Positions 22,962-34,168 of a DNA stretch of 38,960 nt are shown here, in pieces. Source of the DNA: Neoconidiobolus thromboides FSU 785 (Eukaryota; Fungi; Entomophthoromycota); contig MU626437.1 of NCBI GenBank assembly GCA_025603075.1, positions 1 through 38,960 on the forward strand, written 5' to 3'. The position numbers were made by a program, and so were the translations under genes. How positions within the stretch are numbered: the first letter of the stretch is position 1; each line of letters starts with the position of its first letter. Under the pieces are notes generated by a model. The model was not told where the DNA came from. It saw nothing but the letters and a program-made list of their open reading frames with translations, and made no database searches.

Positions 22962-24458
22962 ATGACCACAATATCAGAGCAATCTATATCGCACAACCTT
23001 TTACTCAAAGCAAAAAAGAATAGGAAATCAATTCAGACTAGTTCCTTCTTACAAAAAATTCAAGAAGATGAACTGACAACAACAACTATTCAAAAGATCT
23101 CAACTTCACCAATTTTATCTCAACCAACGAACACCATTTATAAAGACCCTATAACTTCAGCAAGAACTTCTCGTCCTTCTTTACCACTTTCACGTTCAAA
23201 GAGTTTAGATAAAAGAGATTTAACCATCAATCCCCCACTACCACGTTTTGGTCACTCTCTTATTACCAAACAACCTCCTGTGATGCGAGCTTCACTCCAA
23301 TCAAATCCTTCTTATTCCTTAAGTATGAATCAGATGAGCTCTGAGGACATGTCTAAAGAACGTATTTCAAGATGCAGGACACGCAAAACATTGATGAATA
23401 TACCAAGTTTCCAAACGATTCATTCAATTGTGGAAGTGGAACATCGATTTGTTAAAACAAAACCATTACTTTCTTATAAGCGTTGTTTATTAAAGCAAGG
23501 GGTTATTATCAAAGATAATGGGAAAACACAATCTAATCGACAATTTTTTTTATTTAATGATATCCTTGTTTATGGAGCTATATTAACAGAGGAACAATCA
23601 AAACAATTTGGTAAAGAATTGTTTAAACAAATAACGGTATCTTTGGGCAATTTATGGATAGAAACCTGTGTTGAGAGTGATTTAGCTTTATGGATGACTA
23701 CAGAGAAAGAACATTTTAAAGTTTTATTTTTAAGCTTAAAAGATAAAAAGGAATGGTTTGAAGCTATACAAATGGCACTTTATGAATATCGTAACCGACC
23801 ACGTAATAAATCTTTACTCCACCATGATAATGATCCCAATGATTCTTTAAGTTCAAGTATGGCTCATTTTTTTAAAGCTCTATCGTTACCTGGATCCCCA
23901 GTAGTAAAAACTTTACGTGGTTGGACAATGTCTAGAAAACTTAGTTTCACTTCAGTGACTAGTGAAGATTCTGCTTCAAGTTCTGTTTCTTGGATCCCTG
24001 ATAACCAAGCTGAAAACTGCATGGTTTGCCAAGAGACCAAATTTTCAATAATGGTACGTAAACATCATTGTCGTTTTTGTGGACTTATCATCTGCTTTAA
24101 ATGCTCCCATTATCAGTTATCAAACGGTAAAAAAATCCGCTCTTGTTCACCTTGTCATCAAAAGTTAAGTAAAGGTGTTCTAGAGAATAAAGCAAGTGCA
24201 GACAAATTAAATGCTTCTCTTCTTAAACCCACTCCAAGAACGACGTATAGAACCAATTCTTCAGAAACTATTAAATCTCCACCAAATTCTGATAAAACTT
24301 TACTGCCTCGTTCAAGTCCCATTAGTACCGGTACATTATCTGATTCTGGTTCTGAACGTACTTTCGGGTCAAATCATTCTAACAAGCCTAGCACTAGTCA
24401 ACAACGCGCCCATCATATTTCCCCTCTTAATCCCTCCCATCCCGCTCATGGGTCGTAA
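22962..24458 (+). CDS. PH- and FYVE-domain protein (PLEKHF/Phafin- or FGD-C-terminus-like), intronless, 498 aa
   Basis: PH start CLLKQGVIIK...RQFFLFNDILVYG and end KKEWFEAIQMA; FYVE WIPD..CMVC...RKHHCRFCG..CFKCS..RSCSPC; S/T/P-rich termini. Confidence 0.9.
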   Translation: MTTISEQSISHNLLLKAKKNRKSIQTSSFLQKIQEDELTTTTIQKISTSPILSQPTNTIYKDPITSARTSRPSLPLSRSKSLDKRDLTINPPLPRFGHSLITKQPPVMRASLQSNPSYSLSMNQMSSEDMSKERISRCRTRKTLMNIPSFQTIHSIVEVEHRFVKTKPLLSYKRCLLKQGVIIKDNGKTQSNRQFFLFNDILVYGAILTEEQSKQFGKELFKQITVSLGNLWIETCVESDLALWMTTEKEHFKVLFLSLKDKKEWFEAIQMALYEYRNRPRNKSLLHHDNDPNDSLSSSMAHFFKALSLPGSPVVKTLRGWTMSRKLSFTSVTSEDSASSSVSWIPDNQAENCMVCQETKFSIMVRKHHCRFCGLIICFKCSHYQLSNGKKIRSCSPCHQKLSKGVLENKASADKLNASLLKPTPRTTYRTNSSETIKSPPNSDKTLLPRSSPISTGTLSDSGSERTFGSNHSNKPSTSQQRAHHISPLNPSHPAHGS

Positions 24459-25038
24459 TCTATGTTTATTTTTTAATTATATTGCTTCAAGTTTACAAGC
24501 AAAAAAAAGTTATATTAATTAGTTGAGTTAATTATTTTATACAATAAATAAAAAATATATTTATAATGACTTTTATTTAAATTTTATGTTAATGTTAAAG
24601 ATATTGACAATAGGACTGTTTTTAATAGCTGGAAGTAAATCGTTGTTAATTTTTTAACTGTTATGGTTGCACATAAAATAAATTTTAGTATTAAACCTAC
24701 TAAAAATAAGTAGTAATTTAAGATAGTTTAAACAACTATGTTTAAACCTTAAAAAAATAGAAACTTTAATTCAAATTAACTAGTTAAAACAATAGCAGCT
24801 CAATAAAAAAGTACTAACAATTTTAATCACAGCTTCTTGTTTTACACTACCAATTATAGCCCTAAAAGTGAAGAACATAACAATAAAATGGTATAACTAT
24901 TAACGTTTAACTAAAATTATAATCACATTTTAAATGTTATTAAATAGTTTAAGGAGATGCTATTTAATTAGATTCATAAATTGATCCATTTTTTATGAAA
25001 ATAAGAAATTCCCCCTTTTTTATTTATATTTAATTAAA

Positions 25039-25141
25039 ATATGGGATATGTTTTTTTTACTTGTGTTTATTAATAAGTTTTTTGAAAATCTATATTGTAT
25101 AATAAATGGACAATATAAAGTATGACATCCTTATCCCATAT
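25039..25141. mobile_element. MITE-like element of a second GGG-ended family
   Basis: ATAT-GGGATA ... TATCCC-ATAT. Perfect inverted symmetry extends 16 bp (25033-25048 vs 25132-25147). Size is similar to the main family but the interior does not align well. Confidence 0.6.
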
Positions 25142-27054
25142 TTTAATATTTGTCTTTTAAGGGATTTATATTTTAAAAAAGAGTTATTAAACTTAAAGTA
25201 AGGAGTTAAAGAAAGTATTGTTTTATAGTCTAAAACTATTTAAAAAGTTAATACTTAGTTTATTAAGATGATTATCGGTGTAGAAATAAATTAAAATACA
25301 CAAAATTATTTTAAATATAATAACATAATAAAAAATCTGAAACCGAAATTATAGCTTTTCATATAGTTTTTTAATCAAAATAGGGATAAAACGAATCTAC
25401 TATTAAAAAAATACTATTCAATGATTTAGGAGTAAAACCTCACCAGTTAGTAAACCTAGTATGATAATCTTTTTTCTATAGCAGTTATTCAAATAGTAGT
25501 TTATTTTTAATTATTTTTGTGGATTAAAAAAAGAGTTGTAAACATTTCTATATACTAATATGAACTTCTATCTATTGTCATTGATAATATGCTTATTAAT
25601 AATAAATAAAAATCATATTTAAATAACAATTTAACTGTATTTTATGTCCCAAAAAACATCTAAAAAGATTTATGATCGATTCTAATTATATTAAGCTTGA
25701 TTTTTTATCTTTATTTCTTATTAATATTCATTTTTTCAAAGTAGGAGAAATAGAAAGAATAATAATATATATAAATTCTGCTATTATTACAACATAATAT
25801 TATTCTACTTATTAAGTCTGGCATTTTGTCTTTATTTTCTATTTTTATTTTAATATGCTTTTTTACTATTGAATAGATATAAGGAATAATAATAAATAAC
25901 AATTTCGTAACTATTATTGTGGTATAACACTATTTTATCTATTTGCTGTTTATATTAATTTCAATAACCAAATGGTTTTAAATCATAGTAAAAAAATTGA
26001 TAAAATGAAGTACAAGTATATATCAAATAGTTTTGGAACTTGGACTATTAACTGGTAAGGCTTTAATATCAGTTTTTTACATATAATTACTAGCTTTGTA
26101 AGATATAACAAAAACAGTTAAAGCATGACAATTTAATGAATATAACTACCATTCACTTAATATTTCAGAATTAAAACACCTGGGGTTTTGTACCTTTCAA
26201 GGTATTAAAAAGCTACCATTCACCAAAAGTAGTAATAACAAGGCAAGTGGTATATAGATAAAGTATTATATATATGCTTTTTGTTGTTTATAGTTATTAA
26301 TGCAAGAAGATTTAATTCTCGTTATATAGAAAAAGAAGGTCGACTATTTTATTAAAAATTAAAAAAGCCTTAAGTAATTTAGGTTTGTCCGGTATCGTTA
26401 TTAAAGAGAAAAAAGAAAATGTTAAGTTAAAGGTTTTAAAATTCAAATCATGAAATTCCGGATATCGGACATTGTCAGCTTTATAATTTAAAACGATTTA
26501 ACCATTTATTGATAATTAATCATATAATTTTTATACCACATTGTTCCATTTTACAATTTATAAAATAACAACTCGACAGCATGATTTGAAATTCAATGAA
26601 TGCTTTCATTATAACGCCTTAATGGGAGTTATACTTAAAATAAACAGTTATTAGTGGAGGATGTTTAATTTTAATTGCATAATAAAGGCATAACTGATAT
26701 AAAATAATAATTCAACAGAGCAACAAAGTTAAAGCTTTGATTATTTAATCACTTTATCATCCTTTAATAGGTGCTTTTTATCTTCATATACTGTAGTTTG
26801 CAATACTATGTATAATAAGCAAAGCAAGCTAAAAGTAAAAGACAATAAACTCTCAGTTTAAGCCTGTAAATTTTTATTAAAACTACTAAATTTAGCAAGT
26901 GCCAATCCTGGGGATGAGAAATACTTTAAAGAAGAATATAAATTTAAAGAATAAAAAATAAAATAAAATGAAATGAAAACTCAATCTTATTCACTTTTAT
27001 TTAACTTTTCTCTTTTCCTTTGACAATCTAATACAGTCCAATTAAAAAAGAAGA

Positions 27055-27927
27055 ATGAGCAAAGTAAAAGTATTCCTAAATGTCCACGACTTGGAGCCCT
27101 CACGTAGCGTGGAGTCCAATTTAGTTCCAAAAAAAGGATTATTAATAATTCGTGGAATATTATCTTTATTTCAATTTATAGTTTTGGTTTTATTAATTGT
27201 ACAAAACTATAATAGTCCATTAACCTTTGGTATGTTTCTGACAAATTTTGGGTTCTATGGTTTATCGATTTATATCTGGGTAAATATATTAACTAATTTA
27301 TTGAAACATATGAACTAACGTATAAATTCATCATAGTGGTCCTTTTATTTAAGCGTGCGCGCTGTCCGACACACAAAAAGATACCAACCATTTGAAACTA
27401 CACACTATACAATTCATTTCATCTATCAGTTGCTTTATGAATCTATGTTGATCTATCACTTCATCATATCTATTATTTACTGGTCATTATTAGCTAACTC
27501 TGAGGTCTCTACACTCCCTTCTTTAGCATTGTTTTTAACCATTGCTCGTCATCTCTTTAATTTTGTCTTTATGCTGATTGAATTCCTTTTCTCGAGAAAT
27601 ACTGTCTATTTTTCTCATTATCCAATACTTTTGCTGTTTGGGATTCTTTATATTTGTTTAGCTCTTTTAATCCATTCTATGTAAGTTTTATTATGTCGTT
27701 TATTCAATTATCTAATTGCTGATATATCTCTTTATAGCAATGATGTCTGGGCATATCCCTTTTTAGATTATAAGAAATCTCCACTAACATTTGGTTTAGT
27801 TATTGGTGGTATCTTTATCTTTAGTTTACTCTATTATTTATTGTTGTCTTATCTTCATAAATTGAGGGATAGATTGTTTGCTAAAAGATATGTTAAAGTG
27901 AGTTCTATGGTTACAAGAGAGCCTTGA
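27055..27927 (+). CDS. FAR-17a/AIG1-like (rolling stone-like) multi-pass membrane protein, paralog 1
   Basis: Exons 27055-27279, 27337-27680, 27738-27927. Motifs LLIIR, FLTN, IYWSLL, ARHLFN, IEF and WAYPFLD; about six hydrophobic segments. Confidence 0.82.
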
Positions 27928-28979
27928 CAATATAATTAATAATACTGATAGTGATTACTTTTTTACGTTTTATTAATTAAATCTTTAGTAAAGTTGATTT
28001 CTTTAAATGAAAATTCCATTTTTCGATTTTTTAAATATGAGTATATTTTTGCATAAATTGTTAAAGAATTAGTGATGTAAGTAGTTAAATACAGTAGCTA
28101 ATTAATTAAATGTTTTTAATATATTTTATTCTAAAGATATATTCTCATAATTTTTTCTCACGTATAACTTTTCTAAGTTATTTATAAACATAAGCCGGTG
28201 CTATGAAACTTAGAATCAATTAAACCATGTTTAAAAGCAATTAACACTCCATTATTATTTGTTAAACAAAACAACTTTAACTAACTTAATAAAATGATAA
28301 TAGATAATAAAATATTATAAAGAACAAATTTATTAATTAATTTATTTTATTCCTTCAGCTTATATTTCCTATCAATAAAAAATTTGTTTAATAAAAAATT
28401 TTAAGCTATTGTAATACCAATTGACCCTCCTAAAGAGCTTTAAATTTTTTCCACATGTACACCATTTAATTTCACAAATCCGAGTTCTAGTATACAACTA
28501 AAGTAAAAAGTATACATAAACATAATAACGTTAATAAAGAAATTCATTATCATCATCACATCGTAAACTCCAGTCTTTTTTTTAATTATTTTTAAATAAA
28601 ATATCCGTATGTTTCAACTAAACACTAAAAAACAACACAATGAATTACTAATACTATTGGATTAATTAACAATTTAATATTACTAGATCCTTAATTTTGC
28701 CATAATATAGCTTATATAAATAATCTAATTGTAAAATAAAAGCATAAGCTTCACTACAAAAAAAGAAAATAAACTTCAAATAGATATGCTGATCTCAAAT
28801 GTTAAATTCAACATGTCTGTCATTTATAGACCCACTAACAAAACTACTAATTTGAAAATCACTTTCTTCTTAATTATTATAAATTATTGATATAATAAAA
28901 CTAAGTTTAAAGATATAATTAATAATAATAATAACAAATAATATTTTACTTCTTAAACCCATTTAACAACTGCTAGTTT

Positions 28980-29900
28980 CCAAGTTTGCTATTTTTAATA
29001 TCCTTTAATCAAAGTAATCTAGCCTAGTAATAGGAAAGCATACTTAAATAAACAGTTAAATTTTCAATCTATCAACTCTTATACTTATAAAAAGTATCTC
29101 GAAACTTTTCCAAAAAGACAAATAATTCCTCTCTTTCACACTCTTCATCACACTAAATACCATTAACAAAAACCTTAAACCAACTACGGTTAATTCAAAA
29201 GCGCTAAATCTCGATGAAGTGTATTAATCAACACATTTAATTGAATTTGTCTAAGACCAACTTTCATTACCTTATTCTCGTAATCAACTTCCATCTTATC
29301 CTCTCTCATCCTTATAGTAACTTCATTATCGATTTACATATCTCCAGAAAATGGTCTGACTAAATATTCATCATTTATTTAAAGATGAAAATTTCTTACC
29401 TCGAAAAAAGTTAAAAAAACCAGCTGCATCTTTCAATGTGTTTCTTAGTTAAATAGAAAAAATAAATTCAGCTTCTGAATAACTAAATTCTAATATAAAT
29501 CTTTTACTTCATCTAACAATACTCCTAAGGATAAAATGTAACTCGTTCTGTCTATTTTGCTAGTTTGAAACCTTTGCAGGCCTCTAGCTTTTTTAGCTCT
29601 TTGAATAAGTTATAAAACAAAAGTACTATTTATATAAATAGCCTTATTAGTTTCATCTCTTACAATATTGATATTTATATAAAATAGAAATTACGACAGT
29701 CAAATAAAATCACTTGGTTCTCTAATTTAAAAACTTCAACATGATTAAATCAAAGAACTTAGGATGTTGCTTTTATCTAGGTTGATCTCATGTAGTAAAC
29801 AGCTTAATATCACATGCTCCCAGGCTAGAATTGACAATACTTCATTTCTTGGCTAAAAATGCTTGAGATTAATATCTTTGGGGCGGGGTTTGAGCTTTAG
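28980..29900 (-). pseudogene. Possible decayed gene or transposon remnant
   Basis: GC-richer stretch with protein-like minus-strand segments (EVLSILAWEHVILSCLLHEINLDKS; DEYLVRPFSGDM*IDNEVTIRMREDKMEVDYENKVMKVGLRQIQLNVLINTLHRDL) broken by stops and frameshifts. Family not recognised. Confidence 0.3.
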
Positions 29901-30280
29901 AGGATCTTTTAGAGAATTGAAATAAAGTTGGATTCTAAAATATTTCTCACACAGAAAAGAAGTAAGATTGTTTTTTCAATAAAAAATCAAATGATTTATG
30001 GTTTTCTTCTCATACAATTTCAAATTTTCCTTCAAAATGACGTAAAAAAATCCCTTATTTCAATATAAATAAATAATTATAAATTGGTGGACATTATAAT
30101 ATATTGATTTCATTAATTAAAATATGATATCTATTTTATTTACGTTTTAATTTGTCAAATTTTGAAAAACGGATTTTTTCCCCTAAAAGTTGAGAAATAT
30201 TACGAGATTTTTATTATTAGATATTTTCATAGCTAGTTTAATATTTTCAAAAAAGGAGAAAAGTTATTGGTTACAACAGT

Positions 30281-30387
30281 AAATGGGGATGTATTTTTGT
30301 GTTTAAGAATTTTAATAGCAATTTTTCCGCTCAAATAGTGCTTAAAAGATGGAAAAAGCGATGAAGTCAAAAAAAGCATCCCCAAAT
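30281..30387 (+). mobile_element. GGGGATG MITE copy with non-palindromic AAAT direct flanks
   Basis: AAAT-GGGGATG ... CATCCCC-AAAT, 107 bp; the interior aligns with the family. Confidence 0.9.
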
Positions 30388-30706
30388 TCTACTTTTAAAT
30401 TGTTTAAAAATTTTCAACCAAACCTATTATCTAAAAAAACACAGTAGAAAATTTGCTGTCATTATACATTTTATCATATTTTTATTTCAAAAAATAGTAG
30501 ATGACTATTCATGAAAATATTTAATAGCATAATTTTATAACTTATAAAAATGTACATATACAATGATGAAACATTGAAGCATTAAAATAGGAAAATCTTT
30601 AATTTAACAATTTATTATTATAATATAAAATTTTATCAAGCCTCAATAAAAAACACAATTAAATAAATGAGATTAGTAAACAACAACAGAGCACCCATCC
30701 TTATTA

Positions 30707-31514
30707 TTACAACTGAGTAATAACATCCATATTTTTTGTTTTTCTCCTGCCAAAACAATCTCTTGTATGATGAATTGCCACAAAAATCGAAAATATAACT
30801 ATACAAAGGATCAAACTACCACATACTACTCCAGCAAACAAACTAGGATTTTCAATATAATTTAAAAAGAAATAGACCCAAATGTTATATCTATAAAAAA
30901 TATATTAATACTAAAATTACTAATAATATATATAAATTTTACCTCAAATGAAATAGTAGTGCATAAGGTAAATAGATCAAAAGAGTCATTAAAACAAATG
31001 GAAGATAATTAAAAAAGATAGGATTACAGCTTAAAAGCACTTCCAATATCATAGTTAAAAAACTAATTCCATGAAAACTAATAGCTAAAAAATAGTCTAT
31101 AGGTAAACTATTAGGGCCCAAAGCCTCACTTGCTAAGAGTGACCAGTAAATCAAGAATATCAACGTTGTCAATGTAAAGCAAGTCCCGTACAGCCAAAGA
31201 TAACCAAATTTTAACGTCCAATGAGTATTTTCGTAGGGGATATATGATTGCCTCGATAAATGATATCTTAATGATACATAAAATGATATTCCCATATAAA
31301 CTGTTAAACCATAATATATCAAATTTGATAAATACATTACAAAACTTAGCGGCTGTTGATAGTTGTAGATGATATTAATGACGTGGACTATAATCATGTA
31401 GAAAAATATTATACTACGGATGAATAGTAAGACAGTTGGGGACACATAATTGGAGGTTACTGTGAGTTCTCCATGATATTCCTCTAAACGTAAGATGCTA
31501 CGATATTTTAGCAT
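30707..31514 (-). CDS. FAR-17a/AIG1-like membrane protein, paralog 2
   Basis: Exons 31514-30943 and 30890-30707. Motifs LLFIR, YLSN, IYWSLL, SFHGIS, ILE and WVYFFLNY. The ATG at 31514 is preferred over the ORF-track start at 31577. Confidence 0.82.
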
Positions 31515-32996
31515 TATTATATGTTGAAACTGGGAAAGAATTGTTGTAATGAGATAAGATTTAAAAAGATAAATCAATGAATATATATAAAAATGACACT
31601 AATTTATATTTTAAGTGGATTCTAGGTTTCTCCAAGTTTTAAATAATCATTATCTCAAGTCAATTTTAAGGGGAAAAGATGGATAAAAAGCTTGAGTAAC
31701 AAACTTTAAAGCTTTAAAAATAAACTACTTGGTTCGTTTTTTAATAGTTTTTCACCTTTTTTTAGTCGAGTTTTTGGGGTAGATATAATACACTCAATTG
31801 CTTTATAAAGTAGTTTTTTAATTAAAAATTTTAAAATCGATTCAAGTAGAAGTTCACTTGAACTTTGAAGTTTGAAAGATCAAAAGTTACGTGCAATGAA
31901 AACCTAAATGAAATTTTTCAAATTTATAGTAAATGATAATTTATAAATTAGATACTTGATAAATATATTCAGGTATAGAAAAGTAAACTAGAAAATATAA
32001 CTTTTTTATATTTTCATACTTTTGTTTTCAAACCAGCTTTTAAGAGCATAATTTATAAACTAAGCGTTAATTTGCTAAATTTAGATGCAAGTTGATTAAG
32101 CCTTTAAGTTAAATTAAGTTTAATCTATATTTTTATGAAAATAAAATGCTAAGAAAAAAAGAATTTTTATTTTCAAACCTTGATTAATTTGATTCTTATT
32201 TGATATAGTTAAAGAAGTTGAATCTTTTTATACTTAGGTAGGAATTGAAAGATTGAAAAGTAGTGTTAATTGAAACTATAAAAACTTAATTTGTTTATCT
32301 TTGATACAGTACTTTCATAGAATTAATATTATTAATGATGGTAGTATAATTGAATAATTCGTTAAAGGTTTAAACAGTAGCTATTGTTTTAATAAAATTG
32401 TAACAAAGCTATAAAAATTAAACATATTTAAACATATTAAACACATTTAAAACAAAAGCTTAGAAAATAATTATAGTAAACTAACAATAGCATATTTTCA
32501 TATTTTTATCCTTTATTACTATATCTTATTTAGCTTTTCATTTATTTATGCTTAAATATTATGTTTTTTGTATAGTCTTATTGTATTTGATTGAGAGCTG
32601 CTAAATGATTATCATTTATACTGTATTACAGTTATTTATTTGCATTATCATCTTTGACAATATTAATCTATAAAAGTGTTCTATCTTTCTTTATAAAATT
32701 AAATTAAATTTCAACTAATAGCAAAAATGATGCAAATTACATCAAGTATCTATTTTGTTTTTCAAACTGATTTAACAAATCCATTAATTTGTAATTCTTG
32801 CAATATAAAATTATTTATAAAACAAATCTACTAATGAATAATACTTTTAGATATAAAATAATTAATCCAATTGTAAAAAGCTCAAATTTTGTCTGTATGT
32901 TAAAACTTATTTTTGACTTAGAGTTAACTAGTCTTTTGCATATCTAATGTTATTATATATATAATAAACATAGCTAAAGCTATGGAAATTTCTAGG

Positions 32997-33070
32997 GCTC
33001 GTATGGCGCAATTGGCTAGCGCGTCCGACTGTTAATCGGGAGGTTACTGGTTCGATCCCAGTTATGAGCG
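32997..33070 (+). tRNA. tRNA-Asn (anticodon GUU)
   Basis: Acceptor stem GCTCGTA/TATGAGC, anticodon arm TCCGA-CTGTTAA-TCGGG, T arm ACTGG-TTCGATC-CCAGT, T-run downstream. Confidence 0.96.
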
Positions 33071-33543
33071 TCTATAATTTTTTGTGTAAAGTATAGCTGG
33101 TTTACATTTATATATGCAATGGTTAACTGTTATTTAAAAATAGAAGTTCAAATAAAGTTTTTATTACAGCCTAAAAATTAAGCTTTAAAAAAACTAAATA
33201 TCTAAATTTAAGTAATTATATAACCATAAAATTAGTCTGAAGTTTCCCAATCCTTTAATTTTGTAAAAGTCGATTATTCACTATTTATAGATTTTAATAT
33301 AAATATTTATTAAAATCTATCAAATTAATATTTCTAGATAAATTCACTGTTTAAGCTCTTATTTGATAATTTTTATATTTTAAATACTTTTGGTGATTTG
33401 GGAAACATGTTCAAGCTTTTTACTAATTTAATTAAAAATTTAGCTAAAAATTATAGTCTATTTAAAAAATTTCATTAAAACTCAATGAACAGCTACTTAC
33501 GATTAAATATAGATGTTTCCCACAAGTTGTGTCCAAGTAAAAT

Positions 33544-33615
33544 TTCTTCATGGTCCAGTGGTTAGGATTTTCCGCTTTCACCGGAACGGCCGGGGTTCGA
33601 TTCCCCGTGAGGAAG
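33544..33615 (+). tRNA. tRNA-Glu (anticodon UUC)
   Basis: Acceptor stem TTCTTCA/TGAGGAA, anticodon arm TTCCG-CTTTCAC-CGGAA, B box GGTTCGATTCC. Confidence 0.95.
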
Positions 33616-33709
33616 TACTAAACATCTGTTTTATAATTGTGCTTGATTTTTTGTATAATTTTGGTTTCTAAAACAACTAGTATGTAAAATATAAATATAA
33701 AAACTGATA

Positions 33710-33814
33710 ATATGGGGATGTATTTTTGTGTTCAAGAATTTTATTAACCAATTCTCCGCTTAAATAGCGCTCAAAAAACGAAAAAATAATGAAGTCAAAA
33801 AAACACTCTCATAT
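33710..33814 (+). mobile_element. GGGGATG MITE copy 94 bp downstream of tRNA-Glu
   Basis: ATAT-GGGGATG ... CACTCTC-ATAT, 105 bp; the interior aligns with the family. Confidence 0.88.
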
Positions 33815-34168
33815 GTTTAAAAATGAGCCTTATTGAAGTTTTTCAATTATACAAATTTATTATTACCTTAAAGTGAATTAATAAATTGTTACCAATCAAG
33901 CAGTAGTTTAATTATAACTAATGTAAAATCTCAAAGATATCAAAATTTGAAGTTAAGCAAACAAAAACATGACTAAAAGAACAATTAATTCAACTCTATT
34001 CAAATTAAGCAACCACAAATCTCTTAAGATTTGATAATTTAAGTTATTCAAAAAGAATAAAAATTACAGATTGTCACACAAGCTCTCGCTTACGAAATTC
34101 AAAGCAAATTATTTTTACATATTTATCTACAAAAATCCAAATCAATAAATAAGAAAAAAAAAGCCAAA

